Virus record (IMG/VR): IMGVR_UViG_2862178590_000001 | Span: 23,681-87,680 of that record | Origin: a virus | Lineage: Duplodnaviria; Caudoviricetes | Length of the DNA stretch: 64,000 nucleotides | Direction: 5' to 3' (one strand) | Shown: piece by piece, positions 18,689 to 26,571 of the stretch | Layout of the letters: each line of letters opens with the position of its first letter | Numbering within the stretch: the stretch's first letter is position 1 | Program-made: the position numbers and the translations under genes | Notes under the pieces: model-generated | Database searches by the model: none | The model's input: the letters and a program-made list of their open reading frames with translations, nothing else | Told to the model about the DNA's origin: nothing

Positions 18689-18693
18689 GACGG

Positions 18694-18945
18694 TCAGGCC
18701 TGCGGTGCCGGCGGTTCGACCGGCGCGTTGCCAAGGAGCTTGGCGATTTCGGCGGCGAGCTTGGCTTCGTCGGTCTTCATGTCGGCGATCAGCTTCTGGA
18801 GGTCGGCGAGGAGCTCGGTGCGGGCTTGGTCGAGGAGCGGCGCGAGGTGTTCCTCAACGGCGGTGACGACCTGCTCGATGTCGGCCTTACCGATCGAAGC
18901 GAAGCGGCTGAGCAGGTTGTGGAGGTGGTCGACGAGTGCGGACAT
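18694..18945 (-). CDS. Helical hypothetical protein (83 aa)
   Basis: ORF track; AGGAG RBS. Confidence 0.6.
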   Translation of the reverse strand: MSALVDHLHNLLSRFASIGKADIEQVVTAVEEHLAPLLDQARTELLADLQKLIADMKTDEAKLAAEIAKLLGNAPVEPPAPQA

Positions 18946-18975
18946 GGGGGGGGTCTCCTGCGAGTGAGGGCGAGT

Positions 18976-19170
18976 TCAGGGAACGTCGACGGTCGCGGCG
19001 GTGATGAACACGTGCCGCGCGCCGGTGACGGCTTTCAGCACGGCGATCGGGTCGTAGTCGAGCAGCTCGTTCGCGGCGATCAGATCCTGGGCCTGATCGA
19101 GGATCAGCACGAACGGGGCGATCTCGTCGATCGAGTCCGGGAGTTGGAGCACCTGGATCCGCGCCACCAC
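18976..19170 (-). CDS. Hypothetical protein (64 aa), probable first gene of late operon
   Basis: GTG at 19170 after GGGGGA; VARIQVLQLPD...TVDVP. Confidence 0.5.
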   Translation of the reverse strand: MVARIQVLQLPDSIDEIAPFVLILDQAQDLIAANELLDYDPIAVLKAVTGARHVFITAATVDVP

Positions 19171-19349
19171 TCCCCCGTCCAGAGGTTCCGCCGCCCGGCG
19201 TGCTGGCGCACCATGACCCGGCCAGCCTTCGGGCCCTGCCCCGGCCCGGCCGGGCGACGGAAGTTGGGGTCCCGCTGCCCAGCGGGGGTCCGGGCGGGGC
19301 AGCGGGACGTCGGGGCCGGCTGGGGGACGGACAGCCCCGAGATGGAGGG

Positions 19350-19580
19350 TCAGGCAGCCTGTGCGGTGTACGTGCGGCGGGCTCGTTCGCGGGTGGCCTT
19401 CTCGGCGCGGATCACGTCGATCGCCAGGAAGAGCGGGCGTCCCTTGCGGTCTCGGCCAGCTATCGAGAGTCGACCGCGGTAGCGCCAGTTGTGGACGACA
19501 TTCGGGGCGACCCCGGCAGCTTCGGCCGCTTCGGTGACGTTCCACAGTGCGGTCTGCAGGTCGGCGGTCAGGTCGACCAT
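19350..19580 (-). CDS. MerR-like HTH DNA-binding protein
   Basis: WNVTEAAEAAGVAPNVVHNWRYRGRL HTH; GGAGG RBS. Confidence 0.8.
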   Translation of the reverse strand: MVDLTADLQTALWNVTEAAEAAGVAPNVVHNWRYRGRLSIAGRDRKGRPLFLAIDVIRAEKATRERARRTYTAQAA

Positions 19581-19603
19581 GAGGCGTCCTCCCCGGATAC
19601 GAC

Positions 19604-19642
19604 GAAAGGCCCCGACGAGTGGGACTCGTGAGGGCCTTGGGC
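19604..19642 (-). terminator. Hairpin terminator candidate
   Basis: AAGGCCC stem with internal CGAGT/ACTCG pairing, followed by TTTCG on minus strand. Confidence 0.45.
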
Positions 19643-19694
19643 ACGTATGGGCATGCGGTTCCGTCGAAAAGTCTCACGCGTGAAAGCGAAAAAA

Positions 19695-20486
19695 TCAAGC
19701 CGCCTGAGCGACAACTGCCGCCAGAGCCTTGACATACACGTCGTACTCCGCCGACGTGAGGATCCGCTGACAGTCCGGGTCCCGGCACTCGATGTACGGC
19801 CGATCATCGACCAGCCGCAGATCACGGGACTCGGCCAGATACGGCCCCTTGCAGCGCGGGCAGGGCGCGAGCTTGCGGACGTCGAACTGCGGATGCGCCT
19901 TGATGAACCTGGTTGCCGCCGCATGCCAGCCCCTGATCTGGCCGCCAGGGTTGGCGTTGCCCCGGTCGTGGAGCTCGGTGGCGGCGGGGTGGTTTTGCAT
20001 CATCCAGTCGAGGTGGGCGTCGAGGATGTGCGCACAGTCGCTGATCCGCCGGCCCTCGGTGATGCCGTCGCGGCTGGGTTGATGGTCGTCGCGCCAAATG
20101 CCGCGCAACGTCAGTACGTCCGTGGCAAGTTCTTCCATCTCGTCGAGGATCGTCTCGGTGAGGAGGCGGGCGGCTTGTCCGGGCCAGGCGGGGGCGTCGC
20201 TGGACCTGGTGTGGATGGTGGCCGTGCTCGGGGAACGGGTGGCGTGCAGCGCTTCCAGGTGGGCGGCCGCGAGGAGTTCCGGTATCTCGACCAGGCGCTG
20301 TCGCGCGTGGGCGACGCAGCCGTCGCATTGCACGGGCTGGCCCCAGGCGGGGGTCAGGTGGTGTTCGGTGCCGGTTTCGGCGAGGACTTCTTCGGCGCGG
20401 CGCCAGGCGTTGTTGCACGGACCAGGGCAGGGAGTGGGCACAGCGGGCCTCCCGGGGCGGGTGCGGGTGCTGAGGCCAGTATGCAA
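19695..20486 (-). CDS. Zn-finger-containing hypothetical protein (candidate late-gene regulator)
   Basis: CPGPC/CDGC N-terminal and CPRC...CRDPDC C-terminal motifs; sits just before HTH gene and late operon. Confidence 0.7.
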   Translation of the reverse strand: MHTGLSTRTRPGRPAVPTPCPGPCNNAWRRAEEVLAETGTEHHLTPAWGQPVQCDGCVAHARQRLVEIPELLAAAHLEALHATRSPSTATIHTRSSDAPAWPGQAARLLTETILDEMEELATDVLTLRGIWRDDHQPSRDGITEGRRISDCAHILDAHLDWMMQNHPAATELHDRGNANPGGQIRGWHAAATRFIKAHPQFDVRKLAPCPRCKGPYLAESRDLRLVDDRPYIECRDPDCQRILTSAEYDVYVKALAAVVAQAA

Positions 20487-20508
20487 CTCTGCGTTACGGA
20501 ACCGGGAT

Positions 20509-20757
20509 TCAGACGCGATCCCGCTCCCGCTCGCAGACCTCGCCCTCCAGATGCATCTTCAGGCAGGGCTGGCACCATCGATTGACGGGGCCGTCCCAGT
20601 CCTCGCCGTAGAAGATGGCACCGCTCGGGTCGGGGGCGTAGCAGCAGCCGCCGCAGTAGTGCTTCCCCATGTGGCCGCGCTGCTTGGAGCAGCCGTGTGA
20701 TCCCCAGTAGACGCGGCAGGAGCCTTTCCTGGCGAGCTTCTGAGCCTTCTTCCTCAC
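20509..20757 (-). CDS. Cys-rich hypothetical protein
   Basis: 82 aa, C/H-rich (CRVYWGSHGCSKQRGHMGKHYC). Confidence 0.55.
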   Translation of the reverse strand: MRKKAQKLARKGSCRVYWGSHGCSKQRGHMGKHYCGGCCYAPDPSGAIFYGEDWDGPVNRWCQPCLKMHLEGEVCERERDRV

Positions 20758-20768
20758 GGGTTCTCCTT

Positions 20769-20936
20769 TCAGTTGTGCCCGTCGATGGTTTGCCGCAAGA
20801 GTGCCTCGGTCTTCGCCTGCTCGTCAGCCCTGCATTGCACGGTGAGGGCGCGTTCCCGCCGCCAGTTCCGGGCAATGGAGACGGCACCGTAGGCGACGGC
20901 CACGACCGCGAAAACGGCCCACATCCGGGCGTTCAC
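20769..20936 (-). CDS. Small membrane protein
   Basis: GTG start; hydrophobic WAVFAVVAVAYGAVSI. Confidence 0.5.
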   Translation of the reverse strand: MNARMWAVFAVVAVAYGAVSIARNWRRERALTVQCRADEQAKTEALLRQTIDGHN

Positions 20937-20950
20937 GATGCCTCTGCGGT

Positions 20951-21670
20951 TCAGCGCGTGCAGTGGCAGCCGGGTTTGACGTGGATCCAGCCCCACGACG
21001 CCTGGTAGCAGCTGTCGGACACGGCGGGCCGGTCCGCACGGCCGGGATAGCAGGAGGGCCGTGTGATCGAGTCGGCGGCGGACTCCAGGAGATTGGCCAC
21101 TGGGTGCCCGGCCGGCATCGTGTCGACGGTCCGTCGGAGACTTTCTTTCAGGGCTTCAGCGACTGCCGCATAGTTGCGGAGGTCGGCGTCGTGGATGTCC
21201 CCGGTCACGTCCTCGGTCCATCCCCAGGCTTCGGCGAGCAGGCGCACCGTGTCGCAGGGGTAGGGCAGCGGTTGATGGAAGGCGCAGCCCAGTTCGTTCG
21301 TCTCCTCGCCCTCCTTGGCGCAGGTCGTGCAGTCGTGACAGCCGTCGTCTGCATGGAGTTCGAGGAGCTTTCGGTCGGCGGCGATCCGGCGCAGTACGGC
21401 GTTGGGGTCGGCGTGCGTTGCGATCAGGCGCATGTTGGCCAGCGTCCGGCCGGACTTCCCGCGATACTCCTGGCCGCGCACGTAGGCGACGACCTCGCCG
21501 AACAGATCGCCATGCTCGCCGTCGTGCTCGGTGTACACCTCGTCGTCCCCCGGATCCGCGGCCTTCGGCGCCCACGGTCCGGGCGTCGCCGCTTCCGCGT
21601 CACGCTGTGCCGCGTCCATGGCGTCCCGCAGCCACGCCAGCATGCGATCCGTGGCCGTCACCGGTGCCAC
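20951..21670 (-). CDS. DUF6221-like protein with C-terminal extension
   Basis: LAWLRDAMD...IATHADPNAVLRRIAADRKLL...PCDTVRLLAEAWG. Confidence 0.7.
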   Translation of the reverse strand: MAPVTATDRMLAWLRDAMDAAQRDAEAATPGPWAPKAADPGDDEVYTEHDGEHGDLFGEVVAYVRGQEYRGKSGRTLANMRLIATHADPNAVLRRIAADRKLLELHADDGCHDCTTCAKEGEETNELGCAFHQPLPYPCDTVRLLAEAWGWTEDVTGDIHDADLRNYAAVAEALKESLRRTVDTMPAGHPVANLLESAADSITRPSCYPGRADRPAVSDSCYQASWGWIHVKPGCHCTR

Positions 21671-21970
21671 CCCAGGTGCTGGAAGAGGAGGGCGAGGCGC
21701 CTACCCCGCCTGGCGACCCCGAAGCGGGTGAAGAGCAGGCAGTTCACGGATCGCTCCCACCGATTGCCCGGATTGCAGGCGGCGCAGTGGTAAATGCCGT
21801 CCCGGTCGCGACGCAGGCGCGGCGGGTGCGCCTTGTGGGCTTCGACCCCGTCCAGGTACGCCGCTTCCAGCAGTTCCCGTTCGCTCACTGCTCCTCCGCC
21901 GACTCGATCCGCATCCCGGCGGCACACAGGTCCGCAGGGAGCATGCTCCCGCCAGTATGCGTGCCCCGGT

Positions 21971-22096
21971 TCAGCGCTCGGCGGCGATCTCCTCGTCGTC
22001 CTCGGGGTCGTCTTCGTCGTCGTGGTCGTAGGCGGCGAGCCAGTAACACTCGTCAGCCTGCGCGGCCTCGGCGACCGTCTCCTCCCAGGGCGTGGT
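21971..22096 (-). pseudogene. Acidic 41-codon ORF lacking a start codon, in frame behind the TAG of the upstream gene
   Basis: GCA TAG ACC ACG CCC TGG GAG...CGC TGA; looks like GCATGACC (ATGA overlap) with one extra A. Confidence 0.35.
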
Positions 22097-22483
22097 CTAT
22101 GCGACCTCCGAGAGTTCGACGGCGACCAGGTGACGGGTCCCCTTGTAGGTGCGCAGCCCGACGTACAGCGCAGCATCGGCCGGGGAGTAGACGTACACGC
22201 GAATCCAGCAGCCGGTGGTGCGGTGCTGCACCCAGGCACGGGGCGCGTCCTGCCCGTCGTGCGCGGCCCGGTAGGCCTTGGCGACGTGGCGGCCGTACCA
22301 GCTCTTCTGTCCGTCGGAGAGGTCGCCGGCGCCGAGCCGGTCGAGCATGTCGCCGGTGCGAATGAGGCGGCCGTCGGCGAGTTGGGTGCCGATGTCGCCG
22401 TTGAGGGCGGCGTAGCCGAGGGCACGGGTGGTGCGGAGTGCGGCGGCGATGGTGCGGCAGATCGAGCGGAGCTTGCGGAACAT
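22097..22483 (-). CDS. Hypothetical phage protein (128 aa)
   Basis: ORF track; divergent from HTH gene. Confidence 0.7.
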   Translation of the reverse strand: MFRKLRSICRTIAAALRTTRALGYAALNGDIGTQLADGRLIRTGDMLDRLGAGDLSDGQKSWYGRHVAKAYRAAHDGQDAPRAWVQHRTTGCWIRVYVYSPADAALYVGLRTYKGTRHLVAVELSEVA

Positions 22484-22539
22484 CAGATCCCCCTGGTGTC
22501 TATTTTCTAGACACTACGGTCGCACCGCACCCTGCCCAC

Positions 22540-22556
22540 TGTCTACCGTTTAGACA
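22540..22556. promoter_or_regulatory. Palindromic operator TGTCTA-N5-TAGACA
   Basis: Perfect inverted repeat in divergent intergenic region; extra TAGACA half-sites near 22508 and 22573. Confidence 0.6.
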
Positions 22557-22601
22557 AAACTCGGCTATCGGATAGACACCCCGCCGTGAGACTCTGAAGC
22601 C

Positions 22602-22820
22602 ATGACCGACTGGGAGAAGCAGCTCAACCGCCGCGCCACTACCATCGACAAGGCCGAGCTGGCGCGCGACAACGACATCGCCGCCGCACGCCTCGACGGC
22701 CACAGCTTCCGCGAGCTCGGCAAGTGGACTCGCATCAACCACGAAAGCGCCCGCAAAATCTGCCTCAGGATCAACGGGCACACCCAGACCCGGAAAGAAC
22801 GCGAGGCGGGCTCCAAGTGA
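22602..22820 (+). CDS. Small HTH-like regulator
   Basis: GHSFRELGKWTRINHESARKI HTH pattern. Confidence 0.7.
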   Translation: MTDWEKQLNRRATTIDKAELARDNDIAAARLDGHSFRELGKWTRINHESARKICLRINGHTQTRKEREAGSK

Positions 22821-23251
22821 CCGACGACCTGGTGCAGTTCATCCGCGACCGGCTCGACGAGCGCGTGGCACGGCTGCGTGCGCTACCCGCCGGTCCGTGG
22901 GAATGGCGCAGGTTCGATGAAGTCACGGAACCTGAGTGGCGGGATTGCCTGGTGGGGCAAGACGGCAGCCCGCTGCTGTCCTCGGAGGACGTCGAGGGCT
23001 ACCAGTCATGGATCAGGCGTCACGAAGCCTTCGACGGCTACCTCCAGGACATCCAGCCAGAATGCGTCCTCGCCGACATCCAAGCCAAGCGGTCGATCGT
23101 CGCTGCCTACGAAGAGGCTGTGGCCTGGTACGACGCCCCCGAGAATCGGCACCACCTGGCAGGCGAAGTGACGGGCCTGTACAGCGCGGTGCGCCTCCTC
23201 GCCCTGCCGTTCGCCACCCACCCGGACTACCGGGAGGAATGGCGGCCCTGA
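22817..23251 (+). CDS. DUF6221-like protein
   Basis: DDLVQFIRDRLDE...DIQAKRSIV...RLLALPFATHPDYREEWRP. Confidence 0.8.
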   Translation: MTDDLVQFIRDRLDERVARLRALPAGPWEWRRFDEVTEPEWRDCLVGQDGSPLLSSEDVEGYQSWIRRHEAFDGYLQDIQPECVLADIQAKRSIVAAYEEAVAWYDAPENRHHLAGEVTGLYSAVRLLALPFATHPDYREEWRP

Positions 23252-23342
23252 GCCGTCCTCCGATCGGGCGGCCTGCCGCACTTCAGGCTCCGCCCGGCTG
23301 GTTCGGCTCTACGCTGAGCGCCCACTGCATTGAGGGGGCCCT

Positions 23343-23708
23343 GTGCGTCGTATCGTCCTGCCTGTCGCCGCGATCCTGCTGACCGCTGCCTGCTCCAGTA
23401 GCGGGGGCGACTCGACGCCGCCGTCCAAGCCTGCCGGTTCGCACGCCTTCGATGCGGCGGGCGACACGCAGTGCAGCATCACCTACCAGGATCGTGGCGA
23501 TTCCATGTCGTGGACGGTGACGACGACGGTCGCCGGGGAGCTGGTCACCCACGCGACCGGGGACCAGACGTACCGGCACGACGACCAGATCGGCGCCGGC
23601 CACCGGACGTACACGGCGCCCGTGCCGCTCTCCCAGGTCCACGACATTGGCGGCGTTCTCCACATCAGCGGCACACAGTACGGGTGCTCTATCGGCCCGC
23701 AGAAATAG
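23343..23708 (+). CDS. Lipoprotein
   Basis: Signal peptide with lipobox LLTAAC. Confidence 0.75.
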   Translation: MRRIVLPVAAILLTAACSSSGGDSTPPSKPAGSHAFDAAGDTQCSITYQDRGDSMSWTVTTTVAGELVTHATGDQTYRHDDQIGAGHRTYTAPVPLSQVHDIGGVLHISGTQYGCSIGPQK

Positions 23709-23721
23709 CGGCGGGCACGAC

Positions 23722-23754
23722 TGCGGCCCCGGCCGGTGAAGGCGCGGGGCCGCA
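23722..23754. terminator. Bidirectional hairpin between convergent genes
   Basis: 10-bp stem TGCGGCCCCG/CGGGGCCGCA. Confidence 0.6.
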
Positions 23755-23781
23755 AGGGCGGGCTGAACTCGGCTGTACTGG

Positions 23782-25242
23782 CTATGTGTTGCTCCAGCGG
23801 CCGATCGTCCAGGCGAGGCTCGATGAGGTGGCGATGGCCGCGATTCCCGCGACGGCCATGCGGGTTCCGCTCAACTCCGGCGGGCCGGTGAGGATCACGG
23901 CGGCGAACACCGCGAGGCCGATCAGACTCGCCAGGCCGACAGTCCTGATGTACAGGGCCATGGTCAGTTCCCTTCCGGGCGGGCCAGGCGTCGGCACTTC
24001 TCGGCGTGTGCCTGGGCCCAGGTGTCGGCGTCGTGGTCGGCGGTCTGCCGGTCCTCGACTTCCCAGTCCGCGATGGTGCCGCGGCGCTTCCTCCAGTGCG
24101 AAAACTCCATGACCGCCGAGCAGCCGGCGCAGGCGGCCCTGGTCGAGTTGCGGGTTCCGACAATCCCGTCCGGGAACCGGTGCGTGTGCTCGACGACCGT
24201 GAGATCGACGGTGGTACGACGGTCGACGGTGCCCGCGATGGTGACGTAGCGGGCGATGACGCCCTCAGGCCAGGCCGCAGTCGGCTGTTCGGTGACGGTC
24301 ATGGCTACTCCCTGACGAGTGGGGGTTCGGTGATGATGCCGTTGGCGTCGGTGCTGAGTTCGAGGTCGTCGTCGAGGCAGACGAGCCGGTAGCCGCCCGC
24401 CTCCGCCCAGACCTTCATCGGCATGCCGCAGTGCTCAGGCGGGTTCGTGACGTCGACCCTGTCGTCGATCCACAGGTCATCGATGTCGGGCATTTTGATC
24501 TCCTTCAGTTCGGGTAGGCGGGGCCGTCGTATTCGACGGCGACGATGCGGGCGTTGGGGTGCTCGGCGGCGGTCCGGAGCACGTCGGTGACGATGCAGTC
24601 CAGGCTGTTCGTCGAGTTGAAGCTGATCAAGGCGCGCGTGCGGCGGTCGTACAGCCGGTAGTGGATCTCGGTGTACTTCCTGCCGCGATCGGGCAACGGC
24701 TCGCCGTTCCACACGTCGGTCATGGGATCCAGTTCTCCAGGTCGTCGGGGTAGGTGTCGGGGTGGTGGCGGGCCATGTCGGCGAGGCGTCGATACCGGGC
24801 GGCCACCTTCTGCAGGTGGGCGCGGCCGTCGTCGGTGGCTTTGTCTGCGGCTCGTTCAAACGCCGCGGCTTCCGTTTCGTGGGAGCGGATCACGTAGGCG
24901 CGCTTCCTGGCGGCCATCCGCACACGCACCGCCTCCCCGCTCCACTCATCGGTCATGACGGTCTCCTCAGATGCTGGTGTTGGAGCGGCTGCGGTTGTCG
25001 GGGTCTGGTCAGCCGTGCCAGTCGACGCTGCCGGGCCCGTTGTCGCGCTCGTAGTCGGCCCAGAAACGGGCGCCACGTTCCTTGCTGGCTCGCTCAGCGT
25101 CCTGCCAGCTCTGCTTCATTGCGGCGTCCACGCGCTCTCGGGATTCGCGGTGCTTGCGGTCGGCCCGGGACTCCCGACGCTGCGGGTCGGCTCCGGGGGT
25201 ATCGGACTTCGGGTACTTGGGCGTGAACAGGCCCATGGTCAT
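23782..25242 (-). other. Run of six small overlapping hypothetical ORFs (23782-23961, 23964-24302, 24305-24493, 24505-24723, 24720-24956, 25009-25242)
   Basis: Consecutive ORFs with RBSs or stop-start overlaps. Confidence 0.6.
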
Positions 25243-25249
25243 TACTCCT

Positions 25250-25789
25250 TCACTGCTGGTTGTTGGTCTTGGCCCAGACGCCGATGGTCTTGCTCTGGCG
25301 CTGGTCCTGGTGGACGTGGGCGTCGCCGTTGAAGTGGTTGTGGACCTCGGCGGGAGCCGCCTCGCCGGCCTCCGTGGCGCCGCGGATCAGCCGGGCGATG
25401 GCGAGGATCGGCACGGCGACCGCGGCGGGCGCTGCGCAAATCCAGGCGACCACCGTCGGGTTGGCCTGCCCGGAGGCGAGCAGTGTGCCGATCAAAATCA
25501 GGCCGGGCGGGACGGTCGCAACTCCGCAGAACAGGGCGGTGCGGCCGATGTCCGTCGAGCGCTGCGACATGGGCGGAATCCCTGGTTGCGGCACCGGCAG
25601 GGCGGTGCCGATTTGGGGGCCGTCCGTCCACGACGGGACGGTCGGGTCAGCGGTGCGGTACGACGTCTGCAAGCCCTCGGCGAGAGCGGCCTCGACGGCT
25701 GCGGCGGTGAGGCGGGCGAGGTCACGGTCGGCGGGGGTGGGGTGCCGCTGCCCGGCTGTGGGGCGCGGCTCGGGCAGCGGCATGTTCAT
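25250..25789 (-). CDS. Two-TM membrane protein (plasmid spread-type)
   Basis: ATG overlaps TGA of upstream gene; two hydrophobic helices. Confidence 0.65.
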   Translation of the reverse strand: MNMPLPEPRPTAGQRHPTPADRDLARLTAAAVEAALAEGLQTSYRTADPTVPSWTDGPQIGTALPVPQPGIPPMSQRSTDIGRTALFCGVATVPPGLILIGTLLASGQANPTVVAWICAAPAAVAVPILAIARLIRGATEAGEAAPAEVHNHFNGDAHVHQDQRQSKTIGVWAKTNNQQ

Positions 25790-26376
25790 CAGGGACCGAC
25801 CTTGCTCGGCACTTTGGCCGTCGTGGGCGTGCTGGGGGTGGTGTTCTTCGGCGTGGTGTCGGCGACTTGGGCGTACCAGGCGCCGCCGACGGTCTTCCCG
25901 CTGTGTTTCTGGCGTTCGTGGGTACGCAGCGCGGCGGTTGCGGCTTTGGCATCGCGGTAGCGGGGCTTCTCCTTCTTCCCGCAGGGGCAGGCCCAGCCGA
26001 CGAGGCCGGAGTGCTTGTCGGGCCCGAAGCGGGCGGCCATCGCGACGCGCATCCGTCCGGCCTTGGCCTTGGTCGGTTTGGCGGGGCAGGGCTTGGAGCC
26101 GGTGAACGAGCCGTCCTTGCCCTTGGTGAAGATCTGCCCGTTGCCCTTGCAGCGCGGGCATCCCTCGTGGGTCATGCGGAGGATTGCGGCGTCCTTGCGG
26201 GAGTTGACGGCCTGGAGGTGCTTTTCGCCGTGCTTGGCGACGAAGAACGCGAGCCAGGTAGCAGCCCGCCGTCCGAGCGGGCCGCCGCGGGGCCGGCGCG
26301 TGCTGCGGGCGCGGGACACCGGCTTGCGGCGGCGTGGTGCGGTCCGTTTACGGGGGGCCGGCTTCCTCGTGGCCAT
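25789..26376 (-). CDS. Basic Zn-finger protein of plasmid/AICE transfer-region type
   Basis: Arg-rich N-terminus, CPRC, CPCG...H..QKH motifs. Confidence 0.65.
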   Translation of the reverse strand: MATRKPAPRKRTAPRRRKPVSRARSTRRPRGGPLGRRAATWLAFFVAKHGEKHLQAVNSRKDAAILRMTHEGCPRCKGNGQIFTKGKDGSFTGSKPCPAKPTKAKAGRMRVAMAARFGPDKHSGLVGWACPCGKKEKPRYRDAKAATAALRTHERQKHSGKTVGGAWYAQVADTTPKNTTPSTPTTAKVPSKVGP

Positions 26377-26420
26377 GATCGGCAACTCCCTTTCTAGAAC
26401 TTCACATATATGGATCAATA

Positions 26421-26571
26421 GGGCGTCCAGAGGGCGTCCCGACCCCGTCCACGCCCCGTCCAGAGGGCGTCCCACCTGCGGACCTGGACAGCAACTGGAC
26501 AGCCCCAGGGCGGGCCTGGGACGGACCTGGGACGGGAGCAGGACGGGGGTCAGGACGGGGCAATCAGGACA
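26421..26571. repeat. clt-like locus: two oppositely oriented arrays of 11-bp-phased repeats
   Basis: CGTCC at 26424, 26435, 26446, 26457, 26468; GGAC(A/G) at 26486, 26497, 26519, 26530, 26541, 26553; directly 3' of traB. Confidence 0.75.

Noticed and set aside
63-19000. Many long plus-strand ORFs (e.g. 10843-12453, 12168-13814, 15314-16555)
   Set aside because: Antisense shadows of real minus-strand phage genes in high-GC DNA; Arg/Gly/Pro-rich, no motifs, no RBS.
26421-26571. CRISPR-array interpretation of the repeats
   Set aside because: Cores are only 5-8 bp with 11-bp period, no unique spacers, and no cas genes in the window.
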